42,799 bases of DNA from an uncultured Planctomycetaceae bacterium (GTDB lineage: Bacteria; Planctomycetota; Planctomycetia; Isosphaerales; Isosphaeraceae): the NCBI GenBank assembly GCA_963803395.1, contig CAWDND010000098.1:1-42799 (forward strand), given 5' to 3'. The first letter of the stretch is position 1, and the number at the start of each line of letters is the position of its first letter. Positions 1-12,378 of the stretch are shown here, one piece after another. A program made the position numbers and the translations under genes. The notes below the pieces were generated by a model. The model made no database searches. It saw only the letters and a list, made by a program, of their open reading frames with translations, and was not told the origin of the DNA.

Positions 1-1023
1 GCCATCGGCGTCGAGCGAGCCGCGGCGTACGACATCGGCATTGATGCGGCCTGCGACGAGATCGACGTGATCGAGACCTTCGGGGGACATCCCCGCGCGC
101 ATGTCAGCCGGTTCGCCGCGCTCTACTCGACCGGCCGGCTCCGGTTCACGATCTCGTATCCCAACGACCCGACCGCGCTGGCCTTGCCGATGGACCACCG
201 TCGTTCGCTCGCCGGCGAGGACATCACCACGTCGGTCTGGCAATCGTACCCCACCCCGGCGCTCGAGGGCTTCCAGGTCCAGCCGCGAAGCCTCGCGATG
301 TTCCGCGCCGAGCAGATGATAACGATGGGCGGGACGATCGCTCTGGCCACCGACGAGGGGCCTCGCCGGATCGACAACACGACCGACCTGGAGCTGCGCG
401 ATGCCGTCCTGATCGACGTCAACGGCCCGGAAGACCTCAAGGAGACGTCTCTGGGGACGATCGGCCCCGGTGCCACCGTCGAGGTCAAGGCGATCGCGGC
501 GCCCCCCTCCGAGGCCTTCCCCAAGGGCATCCTCAACCCGACACCGTTCCTTCGGGAGCTCCGGACAGACGCCGAGGATCGCCCCGAGGAGAAGGGGGAG
601 ATCCGGCTCGTGGCCTGGACGCCCAAGCCCCTCGGAGGCCAGGTGCTGGAGCCGACCGTGGACCGGCATCGCGGCCTCACCATCATCGTTGTTCACCTGC
701 GCTCGGCCCGCCCCCGGCGCCCGATGGGCCCCGTTATCACGCCCTCGCGCGGGAAGCGGAGCGGGCCCCGGACGAGAGGACGGCCCTTGCGGAGGGCATT
801 GGAGGACCAGAGATCCAAGTTTCCAGCGATGACACGCGGACGAGCCCCCGCGGGCACATGCGTGGCCGACCGTTGCGGGGCTGTCCCTCGACCAGCGACT
901 GTAAGAGGCCCTCACATAATGCCCCTCGCCACCCCGATGCGCCCTCATCCCAGCTCTCTCCCGGGGGAGAGCGGCCTGTATCTCCCCTCTCCCCCGGAGA
1001 GGAATGAGGTGAGAGGCCTGTGA
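1..1023 (+). CDS. hypothetical protein, 5'-partial (frame continues from the window start); true 3' end may be earlier than 1023
   Basis: Open frame from base 1 (AIGVERAAAYDIGIDAACDEIDVIETF...) with a plausible globular composition for about 230 aa; the tail is Arg/Pro-rich, as expected for GC-rich read-through. Confidence 0.3.
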   Translation, partial: AIGVERAAAYDIGIDAACDEIDVIETFGGHPRAHVSRFAALYSTGRLRFTISYPNDPTALALPMDHRRSLAGEDITTSVWQSYPTPALEGFQVQPRSLAMFRAEQMITMGGTIALATDEGPRRIDNTTDLELRDAVLIDVNGPEDLKETSLGTIGPGATVEVKAIAAPPSEAFPKGILNPTPFLRELRTDAEDRPEEKGEIRLVAWTPKPLGGQVLEPTVDRHRGLTIIVVHLRSARPRRPMGPVITPSRGKRSGPRTRGRPLRRALEDQRSKFPAMTRGRAPAGTCVADRCGAVPRPATVRGPHIMPLATPMRPHPSSLPGESGLYLPSPPERNEVRGL

Positions 1024-1081
1024 GTGAAGCCCGCTCACGTTCGACGTCCGGCGCGACTTCCCGCGAGGAGGACGAGGGCTC

Positions 1082-2011
1082 ATGATCGAGGTGATGAACT
1101 TCACCAAGCGCTATGGTAATTTCGTGGCGGTTGATGACCTGAGTTTCACGATCGGCCAGGGCGAGGTCTTCGGCTTCATCGGTCCCAACGGCGCGGGCAA
1201 GAGCACGACAATCCGGTTCCTGGCCACCTTGCTCCGGCCGACATCGGGCGAGGGGCGGGTCGCCGGCCACTCGGTCGTCGCCGACCCCATGGCCGTGCGC
1301 CGGGTCATCGGCTTCATGCCCGACGACTTCGGCGTCTACGACGGGATGAAGGTCTGGGAGTTCCTTGACTTCTTCGCCGTCGCGTACGAGATCCCGCTCG
1401 CCTCGCGCAAGAAGATCATCGGCGAGGTCCTGGAGCTGCTCGACCTGACACACAAGCGCGACGACTACGTCAACGGCCTGTCAAAGGGGATGAAGCAGCG
1501 GCTTTGCCTGGCCAAGACGCTGGTCCACGACCCCCCGGTCCTGATCCTCGACGAGCCGGCCTCGGGGCTCGACCCCCGCGCCCGGCTGGAAATGAAGGCG
1601 CTGTTGAACGAGCTCCGCGGAATGGGCAAGACGATCCTCATCTCCAGCCACATCCTCTCGGAACTGGCCGACTTCTGCACCTCGATCGGGATCATCGAGC
1701 GGGGCAAGCTGCTGGCGGCCGGGAGCATCCAGGAGATCCAGCGGCAGCTCCGGTCGCACCGCGTGCTCAAGGTCCGGGTGCTCGACGATTCGACCGATCG
1801 CGCCGCGACGATCCTCCGCGACGACCCCGGCATCCGCACCATCGAGTCGTTCGACCACACCGTGACCGCCGAGTTCGAGGGCCAGGACGAGGACATGGCA
1901 CGGCTCCTGAGCCGGCTGGTCAACGCGGGGATCGCGGTCCAATCCTTCGCAGAAGAACCTCTAAGTCTGGAAGAGGTTTTCATGATGATCACACAAGGTA
2001 TTGTGAATTAG
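1082..2011 (+). CDS. ABC transporter ATP-binding protein (ABC-2/CcmA-like exporter ATPase)
   Basis: Walker A GPNGAGKST, ABC signature LSKGMKQRL, Walker B/D-loop LILDEPASGLD, H-loop SSHIL; a GAGG RBS lies upstream. Confidence 0.93.
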   Translation: MIEVMNFTKRYGNFVAVDDLSFTIGQGEVFGFIGPNGAGKSTTIRFLATLLRPTSGEGRVAGHSVVADPMAVRRVIGFMPDDFGVYDGMKVWEFLDFFAVAYEIPLASRKKIIGEVLELLDLTHKRDDYVNGLSKGMKQRLCLAKTLVHDPPVLILDEPASGLDPRARLEMKALLNELRGMGKTILISSHILSELADFCTSIGIIERGKLLAAGSIQEIQRQLRSHRVLKVRVLDDSTDRAATILRDDPGIRTIESFDHTVTAEFEGQDEDMARLLSRLVNAGIAVQSFAEEPLSLEEVFMMITQGIVN

Positions 2012-2101
2012 GATTATTTCTTTCTCTATCTTCTTCTCGATGACCTCTGGGGTGAATCGCCTCGTTCTCTGAGGTGGGTCTCTGGATCTCTGGAACGTGC
2101 C

Positions 2102-3785
2102 ATGCTCTTCCGCGACAACCCGGTCTTGACGCGCGAGCTGTTGGTCAATCTCCGATCGCCGCGTGCGTTCGTGTTGCAGTTGGCCTACGTGGTGTTCCTC
2201 GGCGCGGTCGTGTACTTCTACTGGCCGCCCGAGGCCGGGGGCACGAGCCAGGTCGGGCCGGGCAAGGCGCGGCGGTTGTTCGACCTGTTCTTCTTAGGGC
2301 AGTTCTTCCTGGTCGCGCTGGTGGCGCCGACCTTCGCGGCCGGAAGCATCACAGGGGAGAAGGAGCGCAAGACCTACGAGATGCTCCTGGCCAGCCCGCT
2401 CCGGCCGACGACGATCCTGATCGGCAAGCTGCTCAGCTCGCTGAGCTTTCTGGTGATCCTGATCCTGTCGAGCCTGCCGCTGATGATCCTCTGCTTCCTC
2501 CTGGGCGGGATCTTGCTCTCGGAGATCGCTCGCGCCTATCTCGTTCTGGTCCTGGCGGCCGGGACGTTCGGCCTCTTGAGCGTGGGCTGTTCCAGCTTTT
2601 TCCGGCGTACCAGCTCGGCGCTGATGGTCAGCTACCTGGTGGTCCTGCCCTTGGCCGTGCTCGGTCTCTGGCTGACCCGCTCCGACCCGAACAATCTCGG
2701 GCAGCGGGAGTTCGTCTCGTTCCTCACGGTCGCCGTGCTCCCCCCATGGTGCCTGGCGATCTGGACCGTGGTGGCGCTCGTGATCAGCCGCCGGCTGCTC
2801 CGGCCCCCCGACGTCGGCAGCGAGGGCAAGGACGTGGTCGATGAGGTAGAGGAGATGAGGTACGCCATCGGCGTCGTCATCGACCGCGACCTGTTCCCCG
2901 ACAAGCTGTTCGCGCCGGCCAAGCGCACCGAACTGATGCCCGACGGGACCAACCCCGTCCTCGACAAGGAACTGCGGAGCGAGATCTTCAGCCAGGGAAC
3001 CCTGATGCTCAGAGTGGTCATCCAGGTCAGCATGGTCTTGTCGATCCCGCTGATGGCGTTCCTGCTCTTTGTCCGGTGGGATCGGGCGGCGTACTACGTC
3101 GCCTATGTCTTGACGTTCAACCTGCTGGTCGGCCCGGTCTTCTCGGCCGGGAGCATCACGCAAGAGCGCGAACGGCAGACGCTCAGCCTGCTCTTGACGA
3201 CCCTGCTCCGCCCCGGCCAGATCATCCTGGCCAAGCTGCTGGCGGCGCTGCGGGTCTCGACCGTCTTGACCTTCCTCCTGACCGAGCAATTGCTCCTAGC
3301 CTACATTCTTCCTGCACGAGCTTCGCGAACGAATCTGGACGCTGCTCGTGTTCCTCCTGATCATCGCGACGACCTGCCTGGCGACCACGACGATCGGCCT
3401 GCTGTGCTCGGCGTTGTCGCGGCGGTCGTCGGTCGCGATCGTGCTCACGTATATGATCCTGCTGGTCCTGTTCGTCGGGCCGGTCGGGATGGGCTGGTAT
3501 CTCCAGGGCTTCTCCTCGTTCTCGCAGGAACGCGTGGCGGCGCTGACGGTCACTAGCCCCTACTCGGCGGCATTCAGCATCCCGATGCCACTGAACCGCG
3601 GCACCGACCTCATCAACGATCAGACGAACGTGCCCGCCGCCGTCATGGTCCGGCTGATTCCAGACCTGGAACTGCCGGTCTGGGCGTGGTTCCTGATCCT
3701 CTACCCGCTTCTGTGCCTGATCCTGTTCGGCGTCACTTACCTCGCCTTCCGCTGGAGGTGGTGGTGCGCCGGGGATTCGGGATGA
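2102..3785 (+). CDS. ABC-2 family permease, tandem-duplicated (two homologous halves), frameshifted near 3295-3305
   Basis: Two repeats of an ABC-2 permease module (AGSITGEKERKTYEMLLASPLRPTTILIGKLL... and SAGSITQERERQTLSLLLTTLLRPGQIILAKLL...). The second half continues in another frame (ORF 3348..3785) and aligns residue for residue with the end of the first half. Confidence 0.8.
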
Positions 3786-3884
3786 AAGAATATTCATCAG
3801 AGAGAATATGAAGAGGACGATAGAGAAGGATAGGGTAACAATGGAGAGAAAAATAGAAGGAGTAAGACAGAAAGTAGAGGGGAG
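3786..3884. other. purine-rich, low-GC (~35-40%) intergenic island immediately upstream of the DUF2809 gene
   Basis: About 90% A+G on the + strand (gaaagaatattcatcagagagaatatgaagaggacgatagagaagg...); a strong compositional outlier in a ~70% GC window. Confidence 0.5.
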
Positions 3885-4313
3885 ATGAGAGAGGCAGAGA
3901 TTCCTCGGAGAAGATGGCCGCGCTCGGCGCTGGCGGCCGCTGTGGTCGTCGCACTGGGCCTGGGCTCGCGGAAGTTCGCCCGGGCCTTACCGGAGGTCAT
4001 CGCCGCCTATGCCGGCGACACCCTCTGGGCGCTGGCGACCTTCCTTGGCATTGGCATGCTCCGGCCGTCGCTCTCGACGCGCGGGGCGGCGATCCTCGCG
4101 CTCCTGTTCTCCCTAGCGATCGAACTCAGCCAGCTTTATCACGTCCCCTGGATCGACTCCATCCGCGCGACCACACTGGGAGGCTTGGTCCTGGGATTTG
4201 GCTTTCTCTGGAGCGACCTCGCCTGCTACGCCGTGGGCGTGGCGCTGGGGGGCGCTCTCGATGGGTGGCTCTTCGAGGATCGCTCGACTCTCCGCCGCGA
4301 CGATCACAAATGA
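3885..4313 (+). CDS. small membrane protein, DUF2809-like
   Basis: 142 aa with 3-4 predicted TM helices and the AGDTLWA motif typical of DUF2809. Confidence 0.5.
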   Translation: MREAEIPRRRWPRSALAAAVVVALGLGSRKFARALPEVIAAYAGDTLWALATFLGIGMLRPSLSTRGAAILALLFSLAIELSQLYHVPWIDSIRATTLGGLVLGFGFLWSDLACYAVGVALGGALDGWLFEDRSTLRRDDHK

Positions 4314-4328
4314 CCCGCTCGGGGATGG

Positions 4329-4754
4329 TCAGGGCCGGGCATCGCGCTCGATCCCAAACTCGATCAGATTGCCGTCGGGATCGAGCACCAGGAAGTCGCG
4401 TTCACCCCAGGGGCGTTCCGCGGGGGGGCTCTCCGGATGCAGGCCGACCTGGAGGAGCCGGTCGTAGATGGCGTCGAGGTCGGTCGTGTCCAACTCGATG
4501 TGGAACCGCCCCTCGTCGTGTCGGAGGAGGCCGAGGCGACCCCTTCCTACCCGCAAGATTGCAAACTCGCCGACCTGGTGGACCACCACTGTCGAGCCCG
4601 GGATCTTCCGGTAGAACTCGAGGAGCGCTCCACATCCGCGACATGAAGCGTCAAGCCATTGAGGGAAACCTGCGACATCCGACACCCCACGATCGCGTGA
4701 AACTAGCGAGATCGTCCCATCTACTTGCCCGAGGGCGTCCGCGTCCTCAATCAT
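4329..4754 (-). CDS. VOC family protein (glyoxalase/bleomycin-resistance fold)
   Basis: C-terminal ...RPWGERDFLVLDPDGNLIEFGIE and FHIELDTTDLDAIYDRL are typical of VOC/glyoxalase domains. Start taken at the internal ATG (MIEDADALGQ); the ORF extends to 4832. Confidence 0.7.
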   Translation of the reverse strand: MIEDADALGQVDGTISLVSRDRGVSDVAGFPQWLDASCRGCGALLEFYRKIPGSTVVVHQVGEFAILRVGRGRLGLLRHDEGRFHIELDTTDLDAIYDRLLQVGLHPESPPAERPWGERDFLVLDPDGNLIEFGIERDARP

Positions 4755-5165
4755 ACTCGCTTTGAGGATGAACGGCCAATGACCCGGAGTCTCCGTGAAC
4801 ACTCCTCGTGCAGATCCTCGCCTGCGATCCATAGACGTTGCGACTCATCCGATTCGATGCCGATTCGGGCCAGGGGATGCTGCTGATCGAGGAGATGTGC
4901 CCAACCTGGGTCAACAGTGTTTTTCCAGGACCTCTCGTCTTCGCGAGCTTTGCGCCGTTGCAAGAATCTCCCCATCGAATCGGAGGCGCGGGTTTCTTGG
5001 TTCAAGGGCAGGAAGGGGTTGCGTTCGCGTCGTGGACGTGAGAAAAGAGCGGCGGCCTGGCGTTGCGCTCTCCACATTTCGGGCAGGCCGTCCCAGAGCG
5101 TCGGCGTCCCCCGCCGGCCCTTCCGTTTCCGGAGGTCCGCCGCTGTGTCGCACGATACCGACCCC

Positions 5166-5469
5166 ATGCTCAAGCACTCCCGCCGCGAGGCCGTTATCAT
5201 CGGTGTGGTCTGGCTGCTCGCCATCACCTACTGCTGCGCCTCCTCGTACTGGCTCGGCTACAACCACAAGGGCCGGCCGCTCCTGCCGGACGACGTGCAT
5301 CCGATCTACTGGGATGCCATTGTGGGTAATCTGGGGCTTCATCGTACCGTGGGGCATCTGCGCGGTGTTCACATTCTGGTTCACGGGGTTCTTCATGGCC
5401 GACGACGACCTGGGCGCGGTCCACGCGACCGAACTGGAGAGCGACATCCGCGAGGGGGGGCCGGCATGA
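5166..5469 (+). CDS. small two-TM membrane protein, frameshifted near 5320-5330
   Basis: TM1 AVIIGVVWLLAITYCCASSYWLGY in one frame and TM2 VIWGFIVPWGICAVFTFWFTGFF in the +1 frame. The stop overlaps the next start (ATGA). Confidence 0.4.
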
Positions 5470-5741
5470 ATAAGGTCCAGGCGATCCATGCCCAGCCGCC
5501 GACGCTGGTGGCGCTGGTCCACTTTACGCTGGTCTCGCTCGGCCTGGGAGTCGTGGCCAACTTCGCCGGGCACAAGGGGACCTTCCTCAAGAAATATCAA
5601 CGACCCGACACAGGGCTAGAAACCCGTGGAAAATCGAGATGCCGTATGTTGTTGACAGGCCTACACTTGCGTAAAATCTTTTGGCGCAAGTCCTTTTCTG
5701 GAAACAACTTGCAGCATCTTCAAAAAACCTCGGCATTCTAG
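5466..5741 (+). CDS. small hydrophobic protein, translationally coupled to the preceding ORF
   Basis: The ATG overlaps the upstream TGA (atga); one TM segment LVALVHFTLVSLGLGVVANFAG. The 3' end is uncertain because the tail falls in a lower-GC region. Confidence 0.3.
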   Translation: MNKVQAIHAQPPTLVALVHFTLVSLGLGVVANFAGHKGTFLKKYQRPDTGLETRGKSRCRMLLTGLHLRKIFWRKSFSGNNLQHLQKTSAF

Positions 5742-5808
5742 CCGTTTGTCGGGCCGTTGAGAAATATTGGGGCTCATGGGCCCAAATCGATGACCGACCG
5801 GACCTGGG

Positions 5809-5938
5809 TGCTGTAACTTCTCAATAAGTCCGGGTGGAGGGCTCACTGAGTTGGCCGTTCCGGGCCAACTTTCTCGGGAATTCCAGGGATGAGAGCTCGC
5901 CCCATCGCGGAGAATGCCCGGACTTATTGAGAAGTTAC
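5809..5938. repeat. perfect ~22-bp inverted repeat (taacttctcaataagtccggg ... cccggacttattgagaagtta) flanking an ~85-nt spacer that holds a nested short hairpin (gttggccgttccgggccaac)
   Basis: Read directly from the sequence: the arms are exact reverse complements. The element lies in the intergenic region between the small-membrane-protein pair and the MlrC-like gene. Confidence 0.7.
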
Positions 5939-6058
5939 CTGGTGCTGGCCCAACCACTTACAGCCAAACCACTTAAGCGACTCTCTGTATCTTCTCTGTG
6001 TACTCTGTGGTGATTCCTCTCCTTTTCCTCCTTGGTGGGTCATTCCGAGGTCTTCCAG

Positions 6059-7553
6059 ATGGTACGAATTGCCGTCGGTGGACTGATGCACGAGTCGAAC
6101 ACCTTCGCCGCGTCGCGGACCGACCTCACGGCTTTCGAGGCGGGAGGCCTGGAGACCGGTGCGGGGATCGTCGAAGCGCTGGGGCGAGGCGCATCATGAG
6201 GTCGGCGGGTTCTTCGAGGCCGCCCGGCGACTCGGGTTCGAGGCGATCCCCACGCTGATGGCGTGGGCGACCCCCTCCGGCCCGTTGACTGCGGAGACCT
6301 ACGGCGAGCTGACCGACCGGCTGATCCAGTCGCTCCGCGACGCCGGTCCCGTGGACGCCCTCCTGCTGGCGCTGCACGGCGCGATGGTCGCTGAGGGCCA
6401 GGCCGACGCCGAGGGCTCAATTTTGGCGCGGGTCCGCGAGCTGATCGGGCCGGATCGCCCGCTGATCGCCACGCTTGACTATCACGGGAACGTCTCACCC
6501 CTGATGGTCGGCGCCTCCGACGCGTTGATCGCCTACCGGACCTACCCGCACGTCGATCAGCGGGCCAGGGGCCAGAAGGCCGCCGAGATCGCGCTCCAGG
6601 CGGCGAGTGGCCGGATCCGGCCGATCCAGGCGCTGAGCAAACCGCCGCTGCTGATCCACCTACTAGCGCAGGAGACCGAGCGCGGGCCGCTCAGCGGGGT
6701 CATCACCGAGCTCGACGACCTCGACCGGATGCCGGGCGTCCTCGACGCGAGCCTGCTGGCCGGCTTCCCCTATGCCGACGTCGCGGCGACCGGCCCGTCG
6801 TGCGTCGTCGTCACCGACGACGCACCGGCGCTCGCCTCGCAGTTGGCGCAGCGGCTCTCGGCGCATCTCTGGAGCCTGCGGCACCAGCTCACCGCCACGC
6901 CGCCCGAGCCCGCGGAGGCCGTCGCTCGCGCCCTGGCCTCGACCGAGACTCCCGTCGTCCTCGCAGATCTCGGCGACAATATTGGCGGCGGCTCGGCGGC
7001 CGACAGCACCGTCCTGATCCACGAACTCCTCCGCCAGGGCGCGACCGGCGCGATCGTCGTCCTCTACGACCCCGAGGCCGTGCGGGTGTGTGCCCGCGCG
7101 GGGGTCGGCCACGAGGTCACGCTCACCGTTGGCGGAAAGGTCGATCGTCATGCGCCCCCCCTGTCGATCGCCGGGCGGGTCCGCGTCCTCCACGACGGCC
7201 GATACATCGAAGCCATGCCTCGGCACGGCGGACAGCGGATCAATGACCAGGGCCTGACGGCGGTCGTCGAGCTGGCGGACGAGACTGCGATCGTCCTCAC
7301 CTCGCTTCGCCACCCGCCTTATAGCCTCGGCCAACTGACGAGCCTCGGCCTCTGCCCCGAGATGGCGCGTTTGCTGGTGGTCAAGGCCGCCGTCGCCTAC
7401 AAGGCGGCCTATGAATCGATCGCCGGCATGATCATCGAGGTCGATACGCCCGGCCTGACCGCCTTGAACCCCGCGCGCTTCACCTACCGCAACATCCGTC
7501 GGCCCATCTTCCCGCTCGACCCCGAGGCCCTGGTCGAGGCCACCCTCTCGTGA
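6059..7553 (+). CDS. M81 family metallopeptidase (MlrC-like; DUF1485 plus MlrC C-terminal domain), frameshifted near 6175-6190
   Basis: N-terminus [30 protein letters not shown] (frame 2) continues as ...[20 protein letters not shown]... (frame 0), matching MlrC N-termini. The rest of the 464-aa ORF is MlrC-like ([13 protein letters not shown]-terminal domain). Confidence 0.8.
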
Positions 7554-7618
7554 GCCGGGGAGGGCCAAGGCCCGACATCGATGGAGTGGGCGGGAGGCAA
7601 TCGTCCGTCCGAAGTTCG

Positions 7619-8943
<1,325 letters not shown>

Positions 8944-9224
8944 CGCTCTGTCTCTCCCTTGGCGGGCCGTTGCGGAGCCGGCATCCCTGTTTCTGGACCG
9001 CTCCCGAAGCGTTCCAAGATAGAGGAAAACCGGCGCGATCACAATGTGAGCGGCCCGATCGCGCCCCTTGAGGGAGGAAGTGAGCGATTCCCGGCCGGAG
9101 TCACTCGTACGCAATTCCGAGAGGTTGGGCACCCGCTTGCGGTGCCGTCTTCCGATGCCGAATCGAGAAGACCGCAGCAAGCACGCCGCCTGTAAAGCTA
9201 AGTTTAACATATGTATCTCATTGT

Positions 9225-10136
9225 TCACAATTTATCCTGCTTGCGCGCCATACGGTTTGTTTCGCTCGGCAGCGTCCCCTTGTTGAGATACCACATCCGG
9301 TCGGGCCCTTTGACCAGTCCCATCTTAATCCAGTAGGACTGGAGCGGCGGTTTGTCTTGCTTGTCTCCGAGGAAGACGTTGAGGGTAAACTTGGCATCCA
9401 GCGCGGTCTGCCCCGCGCTCTTGTCCGACTGGAAATCCGCGACCTCGAAGCGCAGGGGGGGCCAACGCCCGCCCTGAGTGCCCCGGAGCGCGGCGTGACG
9501 TTCCGCCCAGCATGCTTTGAACCCCCCAAAGGACGAGAACTGTCCCGACGATCGGCCCGCCGAACTAAGCAGCAGCCACATCCGGCGGTAATGCGGCAGG
9601 GCGTGGGAGAGGGCGGCGTAGAAATCCTTCACGGCCTGTTCGGGGGTGATTCGGACGGGCCGTTCCAGCGTGATGAAGATCGGATAGCACAGGGCGATCA
9701 GAACGGTGCCACTCAGCAAGACGAGGAGGAACATGAGGGGATAGAGTCCGGCGGAGAAAGCGAGAAAGAGGAGAAACGCCTCGGCCAGCGCCACGATGGC
9801 CAGCAAGAGCAAGGTCCCGCCCCACTCGGCCCAGCGCGACCAGACCTGATCGACTGTCGCGGACGGTTCGGGCGGCGCTCGCAGGGGCGAATCGTCGTCG
9901 CGCCGGGGCTTGGGTTTGCGTGGGGGTGGGGCGATGTCATCGGCGAGGTCATCGCCGCCGACGACGGCGTACTCATCGACGGGGGCTGGGTCGAGAGGAG
10001 CCGGCCTGGCCGGCGTCGGCACGTAAGGAGTTGGTTTCGCCGGGGAAGGTGTGGCGAAGAGTGCTTCCTCAACGAGCCAGGTCACATCGGCAACTTCGCT
10101 TTCTTCGTCGTCAGGGGCAGGGGGCAGCTTGGCCAT
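9225..10136 (-). CDS. hypothetical membrane protein (Pro-rich acidic N-terminus, 3 TM helices, C-terminal globular domain)
   Basis: 303-aa ORF with hydrophobic segments [47 protein letters not shown]; I recognise no homologue. Confidence 0.5.
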   Translation of the reverse strand: MAKLPPAPDDEESEVADVTWLVEEALFATPSPAKPTPYVPTPARPAPLDPAPVDEYAVVGGDDLADDIAPPPRKPKPRRDDDSPLRAPPEPSATVDQVWSRWAEWGGTLLLLAIVALAEAFLLFLAFSAGLYPLMFLLVLLSGTVLIALCYPIFITLERPVRITPEQAVKDFYAALSHALPHYRRMWLLLSSAGRSSGQFSSFGGFKACWAERHAALRGTQGGRWPPLRFEVADFQSDKSAGQTALDAKFTLNVFLGDKQDKPPLQSYWIKMGLVKGPDRMWYLNKGTLPSETNRMARKQDKL

Positions 10137-10157
10137 CGGGGTTGACTCTGGGGTGAC

Positions 10158-12192
10158 TCAGGGCACCTTGAGGGATGGGGGTTGGATTTTGTTCACCAGC
10201 GGAGGTCCTCGCGGCGGATCAGGGTGATCCGGCCGTCGTCCCCGCCGACCAGCAGGTCGAGCGCCTCCCTGACCCGTGCTGTCCACGCCGCAGGGGCTGC
10301 ATCCCTCGCTTCCGATGATCACCGGGCGGCCGTCGCGGTGCCGGAGCGGTCGGGGGACGATGACGCTACGGCCCAGGTGTTCCAGGAGCAAGACGGTGGG
10401 GAGGTCTTCGGCCCGATCCAGGGGCATACCGGTCAGTGCGGGGAGGACGTGACGGTTGCTCTGCGGCAGGCCGACCAGGAGATCAATCTGGCCCGCTCGC
10501 GTCCAGGGGCCGGCCCAGAGCGGCACAGCGGCCGGCCTGTCCGAAACCGCCATCGAGCCGGAGGTAGCGGCCCAGGCGATCGACGAGCGGGATCGGCGGG
10601 CCAAGGTCGAGGGTGCCCGCGCGGGGATAGACGCAGAGGAACCCTTGCAGGTTGAGCGCGACCAGGTCTAGCTTGCCTGTCCCATTCCAATCAACGGCGG
10701 CCGGTCGGACCCGGGGTGGAGTGATCAGAGGGCCGCCGTCGCAGCGCAGTGCGACCGGCACGCCGAACCTGGGCGAGTTGGCCGCGCCGTCGTTGCGGAG
10801 GAAGAGGACCTCGCCGCCCGCGCCCCCGACAATCAGATCGAGCCGGTCGTGTCCCACCCAGTCGGCCAGCGTCGGGCAGGCGTAGCCGAGCCGGGCCGAG
10901 ATCGGTCCGTCGCGCATCCCGTCGGGACCGGGATCGACCCGGAAGGGCCCGCCCCCGGCCTCCAGGGTCAGCGGCAACATGTAGCGGTGGTCGGCCCCAC
11001 CTCCCTGGTCGTAGAGGAGGTGGAGTCGCCCCGGCGCATCGCCGAAGACCAGGTCGAGATCGCCGTCGCCATCGAGGTCGCCGACCGACACGACGGCATG
11101 GCCTCCCAGCCACACCTCCGCCCCTTCGTGCAGGACCGCCGCGGGGGTCTTCGCCTCGCTGCGCGTCGGGCCGGCGTGGACGGCGAAGATCCGGCCGTCG
11201 GAGGTCCCGTAGAGGAGTTCCGCGCGACGGTCGCCGTCAATATCGCCCGCGACCACGACGGTCCGGTCGTCGGGCAACCCCAGGGGCGCATGGCCGCACT
11301 GGAGCGTCCTGGGCTCCATCAAGACGGGGGGTCGTTGGCCGCCGAAGTTGCGATAGACGCGGACCAGGCCTCGGCGGTCGGTGATCAGCAGTTCCAGACT
11401 CCCGCAGGCGCCCCAGGCGATCGCCAGCGGCGCGGGGTGCAGCGCCACGTCGAACGCGCCGACCTCGCCGGTGATCTCTGGCTGGAGCGCGAACTCGGGC
11501 GCGCCTGGCCGCCCGACGTTCCGGAACCAGAACAACCGCCCATGCGGCGTCCGGCCGCGCCAGAGCCCCTGGCGATCGTAGCCGGGGTGTCCCCCCTTCT
11601 GGTTAAACCCGACTTGCTGTGAGGGGGGAACCTGGTCGTCCTCGGGCCAGTAACCGTTCAAGTCGTCCACGCCCGCGAGCAGGTCGGTCAGCCCGTCGCC
11701 ATCCCAGTCCACCGCCACGATCTGGACGACCCGGCACGGCCCGATCCCGAGGTCGGCCGGCGTCCCCAACGACCGCCGGTCGCCGAATGCCGGCCGGTTC
11801 GCCTCCCCCTGGTTGCGGAGGAAGACCAGCCCCTCGCGGCCCAGCGCCACCAGGTCGAACCGGCTGGTCGCACCGTTCGGGATCGGGCAGAGGCAGCGGA
11901 GTCCGTCCAGAGCCTCGACCGGCGTCCCCGCGTCGTAGCAGCACCGGGGGGCGCTCTCGGAAAGCGTCAGCGGTCGATAGAGCCGCGCGATCCGGCCATG
12001 CTCGCCCCCGCCGGACGTCACCAGCAGGTCCGCCGTCCCCTCGCCGGACCAATCCACCACCACCGCCTCGGCATCCCAGCCTTGGCCGAGCGGAATCGCC
12101 CCCACCGAGGCATCCCAGGAGAGCCGGGGCACCGGACTCGACTCGACCACGGATTCCTTCTCGGTGTTCGACTCCTGGTCAACCAATGCCAT
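10158..12192 (-). CDS. FG-GAP / VCBS repeat (beta-propeller) protein, probable frameshift near 10500-10600
   Basis: Repeated DxDGDG-type calcium-binding repeats: VDWDGDGLTDLL, GDIDGDRRAELLYG, GDLDGDGDLDLVFGD, VDWNGTGKLDLVAL. ORF 10158..10604 continues the repeat pattern (QIDLLVG...) in another frame. Confidence 0.7.
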
Positions 12193-12378
12193 CTCTGCCC
12201 TCCGCCTCTTCGAAAACGACCGTCGCGACAGACCGCGAATCCGCTATTGTAACGGGCTGCTCGGGCCGACGCGCGTCCCGACCGGCGAAAGTTGGCCACG
12301 AACCGGGATTTCCTGACGCCATCGTGACGCGCGACCCGACACGCGAGCGAGCAACTTCGCATTTTCCCTTTCTTGATC

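Noticed and set aside
2294-3289. 331-aa minus-strand ORF inside the ABC-2 permease, and 2074..2844 + in an alternative frame
   Set aside because: The permease frame has clear TM-helix periodicity and duplicated conserved motifs. The alternatives are Arg/Gln/Asp-rich junk.
4751-5227. 158-aa minus-strand ORF upstream of, and overlapping, the VOC gene start
   Set aside because: It is in a different frame from the VOC gene, with no motifs. It is possibly an artefact, or the VOC N-terminus is frameshifted, but the evidence is insufficient.
10849-11622. 257-aa + strand ORF, and several others (10749..11384, 11619..12422) overlapping the FG-GAP gene
   Set aside because: They are antisense or out of frame to a gene with clear repeated FG-GAP/VCBS motifs, and are Arg/Pro-rich low-complexity translations.
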